This document shows, piece by piece, positions 57,483 to 64,000 of a stretch of DNA of 64,000 nucleotides. The notes beneath the pieces are model-generated. The model was not told the DNA's origin, made no database searches, and saw only the letters and a program-made list of their open reading frames with translations. Position numbers and translations under genes: made by a program. Every line of letters starts with the position of its first letter. Within the stretch, counting starts at the first letter, position 1. The DNA comes from Myxococcota bacterium. Lineage in GTDB: Bacteria > Myxococcota_A > SURF-8. The DNA lies in NCBI GenBank assembly GCA_965140415.1, contig OZ223209.1, forward strand, positions 1,024,001-1,088,000, written 5' to 3'.

Positions 57483-58475
57483 ATGAATTCATACAAGGTT
57501 ATCTTGCAGTACACCCTTTTGATTGCTTTTACCCTTTTACTTTCCGCCTGCGGCGGCGACGATGACGGAACGAATACGGATGGAGACACCTGGGATGGCG
57601 TCTGCACCGACGAACGCGACGGTTGGGAAAAATGCGAAAGCAACCGGATCCTATGGTGCCATGTTCTGGAAGGCATGGACCCGCATTTCCATGAAGGCTC
57701 AAACTGCGAAGCGCTGGGCCTGACTTGCGTAGAGCATGTCCACCAACATGACGGTCACACTCATTACGAAGCGTTCTGTGTGGATGAATCTATCACCTGC
57801 GAGGAGGGCGAGTTCGCCTGCGTAGACAACACCGCCCAAAACTGTATCGACGGTGTCATGGCTCTTGAACCCTGCGGTACGAGTCAGTGCCACGAGGAAA
57901 CCGATGAGGCCGTCTGCGAAGAAGAAGGCGAAGAGGTTTGTGGTGGACATGGTCACATGGATGGAGATGAATGCCATTGCGATGAGGACTACGAAGTCGA
58001 CCCCGACGATTCGACGAACTGCATTTCTTCGCTGACCTTCCCGGAAATGGCTTGCAAATTTTTCAACGAAGGCAAAGACGACATCGAGGAGGATCACCAT
58101 CTCGACGCTACGGATTCGACTCCCGGGCCACACGCGCATCTGGATGAAGTGATGGAGGCACATCTTCTAGCAGCCAACAGCTCGAATTACGTGCATTTTC
58201 CGGTACTGGAAACCGGTGAGTACGTCATGTTCCTGGATACGACGGGCGTGGTCGCGACCTTCTACGACAAGGACGGCGAGGAAGTTCCCTTCACGAATCC
58301 CGGCCCAAACGGCTTCTGTTCAGATAGCCTCGTGGATCATTTCCACATCTCCGCCACCTACACCGGTGATGGGGAAAATCCCGTTCCGACCATCGTGGAA
58401 TTCCAGGTGAATGCGGATACCGAGGTAAAATTTCTCATCATGTTACATGAAGAAGACGACCACGATCACGAGTAG
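57483..58475 (+). CDS. His-rich, Cys-rich lipoprotein, probable metal-binding
   Basis: Lipobox LLSA-C; HVHQHDGHTH; CGGHGH; HAH; C-terminal HEEDDHDHE. Confidence 0.75.
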   Translation: MNSYKVILQYTLLIAFTLLLSACGGDDDGTNTDGDTWDGVCTDERDGWEKCESNRILWCHVLEGMDPHFHEGSNCEALGLTCVEHVHQHDGHTHYEAFCVDESITCEEGEFACVDNTAQNCIDGVMALEPCGTSQCHEETDEAVCEEEGEEVCGGHGHMDGDECHCDEDYEVDPDDSTNCISSLTFPEMACKFFNEGKDDIEEDHHLDATDSTPGPHAHLDEVMEAHLLAANSSNYVHFPVLETGEYVMFLDTTGVVATFYDKDGEEVPFTNPGPNGFCSDSLVDHFHISATYTGDGENPVPTIVEFQVNADTEVKFLIMLHEEDDHDHE

Positions 58476-58561
58476 ATCCCACACCCCAATCGTCCGCATG
58501 TCCTTGTTTTCCAGACGTGCGGACGTTTTCGGGGTGTTCTGCGTGAATTAAGGAGGACGAT

Positions 58562-59389
58562 ATGTCCACGCAAAAACACGATAACTGGGCTATTGCACTG
58601 CTCATACTGATCGTCTTGACGATTTGGGGTTGTGGCGATGAAACCGCCGGGGAGGCACTGTCGTTCGACACGGCAGCGCAGGGTGTGACCGAATCCGGCA
58701 TGCCTAACCACACTTTCACCAACAGTAAGGGCTGGCAAATCACACTGGAGTCGGCAGTACTGGCTGTTGGTCCTGTTTACTACTACAGTTCCCAAGCGCA
58801 GGCGAGTTTGTTCGACCGGTTGTTCTCAATAAAAAGCGCCTACGCCTGCCCAGCCCATGCTCAGTACGACAAAGGCACGGTCCTTGGTGAAATCCGGCAA
58901 CAGGTTGTCATCGATCTGTTGGCAGAATCACCAACCACAACCGGCATCAGCGAGGGAGAAAAAGGCCATTGCCAGATGTTTGAGTTGCATTTCCATCCCC
59001 CAGGTGAGATTCCGTCTGCTTCCGATGGCGCGGCTTTTGAACCACTGGATGGGCACTCCTTTGCCATCTCCGGCATCGCCGAAAAGGATGATGTAGAGGT
59101 AGCCTTTTCCGGTTATTTGACGATTCCCGACGAAGGCACCATGCGCATCGTGGAGAGCATCCCAGCGGATGTCGTGTTGGATGGCAGAGAAGGTCTGGCC
59201 GTTACACAGATTCACATCGATCGACAACTCACCAATCTGGACTTTGCTTCCATTATTGACGAGTCGGGAGTCTGTTTGGAGGACGCTGGAGATGGCATCT
59301 GCCGAATCGGGGAAGAAAGCCAGGCATACCTTGCGTGGCAATATGGTGTAAGTTCGCGCGAATCCTACAGCCTCGTTTGGCAAGAGTAG
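58562..59389 (+). CDS. lipoprotein in TonB-receptor operon
   Basis: AAGGAGG RBS; lipobox IWG-C; GW.ITL..A.LAVGP.Y; AYACPAHAQY motif. Confidence 0.75.
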   Translation: MSTQKHDNWAIALLILIVLTIWGCGDETAGEALSFDTAAQGVTESGMPNHTFTNSKGWQITLESAVLAVGPVYYYSSQAQASLFDRLFSIKSAYACPAHAQYDKGTVLGEIRQQVVIDLLAESPTTTGISEGEKGHCQMFELHFHPPGEIPSASDGAAFEPLDGHSFAISGIAEKDDVEVAFSGYLTIPDEGTMRIVESIPADVVLDGREGLAVTQIHIDRQLTNLDFASIIDESGVCLEDAGDGICRIGEESQAYLAWQYGVSSRESYSLVWQE

Positions 59390-59403
59390 GATAGGAGACA
59401 ATC

Positions 59404-60333
59404 ATGCGAAACGATAACATACAGTTTACCTTGGCGTTAATCATAGCACTTCTTATCAACCTGTTCACCATCGGTTGCACCAGCGAAGATTATGCCGGAG
59501 AAGGCAGCCTACGCCTTCAGGCAGGGGGTGGCAAAGCACTTGAAACCGGATTTCCCTACACAGAGGGCGGCGTGGAATACGCTTTCGTGGATGGATGGTC
59601 GATGCAGTTCACGCACTATGTCGTGGTCATCGGTGACGTCAAACTATCCGATGGCGGATCGATCGTCGGCTCCTGGAACGGTCCGGCAATTATCGACCTG
59701 AAGAAAGCGAGCGGAAGCAACCATGATATCGTGACCCTGGAGGGACTGCCTGCAACGCGTTTGGATCTTCAATATCGATTCTTCGAGGCCACCGAACAGG
59801 CTGAAAACCGGAACGCCGATGCTGCCATCGTTGAAGAAATGATCGCCAACGGCTATTCCTACTGGATAGAAGGTGACGCCAGTAAAGACGGCGAGACGGT
59901 GCATTTTCTGTTGCGGCTTAAGACTCCCACTCTTTACACGGACTGTATCAACGGTAAGGACCAGACCAAAGGTATCGCTATTGAAGCCAACAAGACCATC
60001 GGAGCTTTCATATACGCCCACGCGCTGCACCTGTTCTGGGATACGCTCACAGCCGGAGATGAATCCCTGCGTTTCGACGCTTTCGCGGCGGTAGCCGACG
60101 TTGAAGGCGAGCCGGAGACTGTGACGGAGAACGAACTTGCCTATCAGGATCTGACCGATCTGCGCGATGCAAACGACGATCCCTTGCGCGATCAAGATGG
60201 TTCCCGTGTTGTCTATACAAGTGGCTCCGTTCTTCCACAGGACGACTTAACGCTCTTGACCTTTGTTGAATACGCCGCGCGCTACGGGGTTCATTTCAAC
60301 GGCGTGGGCTTGTGCCTGTCGGAGATTGAGTAA
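59404..60333 (+). CDS. lipoprotein in TonB-receptor operon
   Basis: Lipobox FTIG-C; FVDGW...F.H; H..HLFWD; HFNG.G.C. Confidence 0.75.
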   Translation: MRNDNIQFTLALIIALLINLFTIGCTSEDYAGEGSLRLQAGGGKALETGFPYTEGGVEYAFVDGWSMQFTHYVVVIGDVKLSDGGSIVGSWNGPAIIDLKKASGSNHDIVTLEGLPATRLDLQYRFFEATEQAENRNADAAIVEEMIANGYSYWIEGDASKDGETVHFLLRLKTPTLYTDCINGKDQTKGIAIEANKTIGAFIYAHALHLFWDTLTAGDESLRFDAFAAVADVEGEPETVTENELAYQDLTDLRDANDDPLRDQDGSRVVYTSGSVLPQDDLTLLTFVEYAARYGVHFNGVGLCLSEIE

Positions 60334-62888
60334 TGCATGACTATGAAAGTGAAGCAACAAGCCGGATAATCGGCTTGCACCGTATAGTAACAACGACCAC
60401 TATTCTTCTGATAACGGTGGGTTTTCTGTGCTTTTTCACTTCAGCACAGGCACAGAATCAGCCACCTGTCGATCTAGAATCATCTGGGGAAGACACAGAG
60501 GCTGCCGAAGCTGTGGATGAGCCACAACCAGAGGAAACTCCAGCGGCTGAAGCGACGCCACCGGAAGCAAATACTGAAGGAGAACCGGTCTTGCCTTCCA
60601 CCTTGGTAGAACAAGATCCGGCATCGGTTGAAGTGGAGACGCCCTCGCAAGCCGATAATCCAGTTGATCAAACAGAGCCTTCTCCCGTAGAAAATGGTGA
60701 AGCGGAAATCATCATCGAGATGGACCCGGAACCGGAAGACGCGCAAGGGGATGCACCGCCGAAAGACAATGGCACGTTCATGCTGGGGGAAATCACCGTG
60801 TTCGGCCAACAGAGGGATACGACCGTTGCAGCATCTAAGTACGAAGTCGAGATCGGCAAGCTTCACATCGTGCCGCGAAAAAACGCCGCCGAGCACCTCA
60901 TGTTGGCACCAGGCGTATTAACGCTTAACCACGGAGGCGAGGGACACGCTCACGAAACGTACATGCGCGGTTTCGCTGCCAAGGAGGGTCAGGATATCGA
61001 ATACACACTCGGTGGCGCGCCGCTAAACGAAGTGAGCAATCCTCACGGTCACGGATACGCGGACCTGTTGTTTATTCCTCCCGAACTGGTTATGACGGTG
61101 CGGATTCAGGAAGGCCCCTTCGATCCTGAGCAGGGCGATTTCGCTTTTGCAGGTTCTGCCGACTATCAGCTGGGTGTACCCGAGCGCGGATCGTATGTGA
61201 AGTACGGATACGGGCGCTGGAACTCGCAGCGCACGCTGTTCCTGATTGCACCGGAAGACTTGAACACCGAAACCTTCGCGGCCTTTGAATACTATGAGAC
61301 TGATGGCTATGGCCCTAATCGCGCAGCCAAACGAGCCACCGCGCTGGGACAGTATGCCCAGGAAATACAACGGTTGAATTTCAAGTATGTCGTTGGCATA
61401 TACGGATACATGGCTCGATTCGACCAGGCCGGGGTCGTCCGAGAAGACGATTACGAAGCCGGACGCATGGGTTTTTTCGATACCTACGATTCGAATCAGG
61501 GTGGAGAGAGCAACCGCATACTGTTCACGTTTCGCACGCTCGTAGGTCCAAAGGAATCCCGCTTTCAACAGGTGGCTTTCTTAGGCTGGCGCACCATGAG
61601 GCTTCGCACCAATTTCACCGGCTGGCTGCTCGACGATCTCACCGACGGAGAAGGCAACTACGTCGCCGACGAGCAGCGCGGAGATGGAACCGAGATGCGA
61701 TATAACGTATTGACTGCCGGATCGCGCGGGGACTATACCTACAAACCTACTCTGCTGGGTCACGAACAGGCTCTGAGTTTCGGTTATGCTTTGCGCTTCG
61801 ATCAGGGTGATACCAGTCAGCGTCATCTGCGTTCTGTAACAGCGATTCCTTACAAACGGGTTTTCGACACCTCGTTTACAATCCTCAATATCGCAGGATG
61901 GGCGCGCCTGCATTTCCGTCCCTGTCGGTGGTTTGCGCTGAAAGGCGGCGTGCGGCTGGACGCCTTCTCCTTTGGTGTTACCGATCACATGCTACCGGAA
62001 TCCGACCGTGAAGGTGTACGAGATCCGAGCCAGACGAGCCAGTCATTGGGCTATGCGGTCAATCCTCGTGTCACGATGGATATTCGGCTACACAAGCAAC
62101 TGCATCTGTTGGGCAGTTACGGACAGGGCACACGTTCCACAGAGGCGATGGCGCTTTCCGACAACGAGACTGCGCCGTTCGCCAAGGCACATTCCGCCGA
62201 GGGTGGCCTGAGCTATCGCCAAGGCAAACCGGGCGATCCCTTCTCGGTCAGCGCCCAAGCCAGTTACGTTTACACGCATATCACCCAGGACATGTTGTTC
62301 TCCGAAACCGCAGGACGTAACATTCCAATTGGCGCATCCAACCGGCATGCCGGACTTTTGGGCCTGCGTTTCATGGCCGGGAACTGGTTTGACTGCCTGC
62401 TAAACGTGGGCTATGCACATGCCACCCTGGCCGATACGGGGGAATTGCTTCCCTACGTACCGGAGTGGATCGTACGCCTGGATATGGCTGCGCATGGACA
62501 GATCAGTGATTGGGAGTTGGCCGGGGTGCCGGTCACTGGACGCATCGGGTTAGGCTTCACCTATGTGCCCGGACGCCCACTGCCGCTCAAGCAAACAGGC
62601 GATCCCATGTATTTGTTGAACCTGGGTGGTGAGATCAGATTGTACCACTTCTCGCTGGGCATCGAAATGCGTAACCTGCTGGACCTGCGCTATCGGCAAT
62701 CGGAGTATCATTACTCCAGCAACTTCGAATCAGCCGACGCGATTCCATCGCAGGTTTCCGAGCGCCATTTCGTGGCTGGGGAGCCTTTTTATGCCATGGG
62801 GACCATCATCTGGCACATCGAAGACATGATCAGGGGCTTGGTGTCAGGGGCGGCCAGTATAGATCACAGCGAAGACGGCGCAATGTGA
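60333..62888 (+). CDS. TonB-dependent receptor, His-rich plug (probable transition-metal uptake)
   Basis: Signal peptide, acidic linker, EITV.G TonB-box-like, APG...NHGGEGHAH...MRGF, NEVSNPHGHGYAD..FIPPE, GPF....GDFA.AGS, NLLD..Y. Confidence 0.88.
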   Translation: MHDYESEATSRIIGLHRIVTTTTILLITVGFLCFFTSAQAQNQPPVDLESSGEDTEAAEAVDEPQPEETPAAEATPPEANTEGEPVLPSTLVEQDPASVEVETPSQADNPVDQTEPSPVENGEAEIIIEMDPEPEDAQGDAPPKDNGTFMLGEITVFGQQRDTTVAASKYEVEIGKLHIVPRKNAAEHLMLAPGVLTLNHGGEGHAHETYMRGFAAKEGQDIEYTLGGAPLNEVSNPHGHGYADLLFIPPELVMTVRIQEGPFDPEQGDFAFAGSADYQLGVPERGSYVKYGYGRWNSQRTLFLIAPEDLNTETFAAFEYYETDGYGPNRAAKRATALGQYAQEIQRLNFKYVVGIYGYMARFDQAGVVREDDYEAGRMGFFDTYDSNQGGESNRILFTFRTLVGPKESRFQQVAFLGWRTMRLRTNFTGWLLDDLTDGEGNYVADEQRGDGTEMRYNVLTAGSRGDYTYKPTLLGHEQALSFGYALRFDQGDTSQRHLRSVTAIPYKRVFDTSFTILNIAGWARLHFRPCRWFALKGGVRLDAFSFGVTDHMLPESDREGVRDPSQTSQSLGYAVNPRVTMDIRLHKQLHLLGSYGQGTRSTEAMALSDNETAPFAKAHSAEGGLSYRQGKPGDPFSVSAQASYVYTHITQDMLFSETAGRNIPIGASNRHAGLLGLRFMAGNWFDCLLNVGYAHATLADTGELLPYVPEWIVRLDMAAHGQISDWELAGVPVTGRIGLGFTYVPGRPLPLKQTGDPMYLLNLGGEIRLYHFSLGIEMRNLLDLRYRQSEYHYSSNFESADAIPSQVSERHFVAGEPFYAMGTIIWHIEDMIRGLVSGAASIDHSEDGAM

Positions 62889-62976
62889 TATCGGGCTTTC
62901 TTCGTCAGGTTTAGACCGCAGCATTGAAAAGTGCAGTGGTTGTCGCAGGGAATCAGACCCGTCACGATGGAGGTGG

Positions 62977-63564
62977 CTAGAGCCTTTCTACAAAAGTATG
63001 GAATTCTCCGTTCTCGCCGCATGGGTCGATTCCTGAAGGAAGGTCATTTAGAAAGTTCATGTCATATTTACGTCCGATGAAATCGGGAGAGAGCCGCGAA
63101 GCATCGACGCTCGTTATGGTTGCGACAATGCCAGATTCGATTATATCCTCGGCCAAGCGTGCGGTATCAATTCCCCATAACGGGAATAAAGGTTCGATGC
63201 CGGTACCTTGAAAAAGGTTCTCGCGGAATTCCCGGATGTCTTCGAGAAAAAGATCACCGAAAGCTACGCCATCGATGCGAGAACCAGGAAAGGAACGGAT
63301 TTCATCAAGAAACCGCTTCCGGTATTCCTCATTCGGACAGGGTTGCAGAATTCCAACCGTAACAAGTGGTAGGCCGATCATTTGCGCTTGTCTGTGCAGG
63401 TCGCTGGCTACCGTCTCATGAATGGGGATTGTCCCAGAGCCTTCATTGACAGTCGTGATCAAACCGACGACTTTCACCTTGTCGCTTTGACGCAATTGAA
63501 GCAAGGCATACGCACTGTCTTTTCCCGAACTCCAGGAGAGAAGCACTCGTTTCACGATGTCCAT
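62977..63564 (-). CDS. PP-loop adenine-nucleotide alpha-hydrolase (DUF71/diphthine-ammonia ligase-like)
   Basis: SWSSGKDS; FGDLFLEDIR..RE; FPLWG; DPCGENGEFHTFV; GGAGG RBS. Confidence 0.85.
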   Translation of the reverse strand: MDIVKRVLLSWSSGKDSAYALLQLRQSDKVKVVGLITTVNEGSGTIPIHETVASDLHRQAQMIGLPLVTVGILQPCPNEEYRKRFLDEIRSFPGSRIDGVAFGDLFLEDIREFRENLFQGTGIEPLFPLWGIDTARLAEDIIESGIVATITSVDASRLSPDFIGRKYDMNFLNDLPSGIDPCGENGEFHTFVERL

Positions 63565-63744
63565 GTTTCCTCCAGCGATGATAAATCGCAAGATTCAATT
63601 TTCAGATGATCGACAGCCTCGCTCATTACCTGTTCGAAATCGATACCTTGACACAAACTACGCACAACACGAATTACGAACTTGAGTAATCCACTCAATA
63701 ACAAAGGCATGTTGTTCGGTCAAGAAACGATTTTGAGAAACCCG

Positions 63745-63774
63745 TTGACAACAATCGGACCCATAGAGTACGAT
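63745..63774 (+). promoter_or_regulatory. sigma70-type promoter upstream of the riboswitch
   Basis: TTGACA-N18-TACGAT. Confidence 0.6.
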
Positions 63775-63790
63775 CTAACCTGTCTTTGCG

Positions 63791-63933
63791 TTGCGGACAA
63801 GGGAAGTCGGTTAAAAGCCGACGCGGTCCCGCCGCCGTAAACGGGGACGAAACCGGCAGTCAAGCCACTGGAACAGAAATTCCGGGAAGGCGCCGGGAGT
63901 AGGATGATCCGTAAGCCGGAAGACCTGCCGCAA
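63791..63933 (+). ncRNA. cobalamin (B12) riboswitch; regulated gene lies beyond the window
   Basis: AAGGGAAGTCGGT-TAAAA-GCCGACGCGGTCCCGCCGCCGTAA, GCCACTG...CGGGAAGGC, AGCCGGAAGACCTGCC; closing TTGCGG/CCGCAA stem. Confidence 0.93.
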
Positions 63934-64000
63934 CCCGACCAAAGACGTATGTTTCCCTCGCGGAAGGGGAGTACGGCTGTTTCTGCATATTATAAAAATT

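Overview
This 64 kb window is bacterial chromosomal DNA. It is most likely from a Myxococcota/deltaproteobacterial lineage, judged from MYXO-CTERM-like tails, Cys-rich and Gly-rich lipoproteins and a type-2 IleRS. Exported and surface proteins dominate: a thioester alpha-2-macroglobulin, giant Ig-like/Cys-rich/Gly-rich lipoproteins, two FGE-sulfatase-domain lipoproteins, tail-anchored hydrolases, three tandem collagen/C-type-lectin-like fibre proteins behind a DGDTPV-repeat lipoprotein, and a His-rich TonB-dependent metal-uptake operon. Housekeeping and metabolic genes are ileS (non-canonical GVHH motif), an OleA/FabH-like thiolase, a TauE exporter, a frameshifted ybaK, ybgA, a NUDIX hydrolase, a NifS-SelD fusion and a DUF71-type ATPase. 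A cobalamin riboswitch sits at the right edge. The three most interesting signals are (i) a compact three-gene nitrogenase-like (NifH + two component-1) operon that is not a nif cluster, (ii) an Asp-Gly-Asp (DGD) motif recurring in linkers of about 13 unrelated exported proteins, and (iii) a collectin-like fibre cluster with a putative lipoprotein anchor. I saw no rRNA, tRNA, CRISPR array, transposase or integrase. All family calls come from motif recognition by eye, not database searches.
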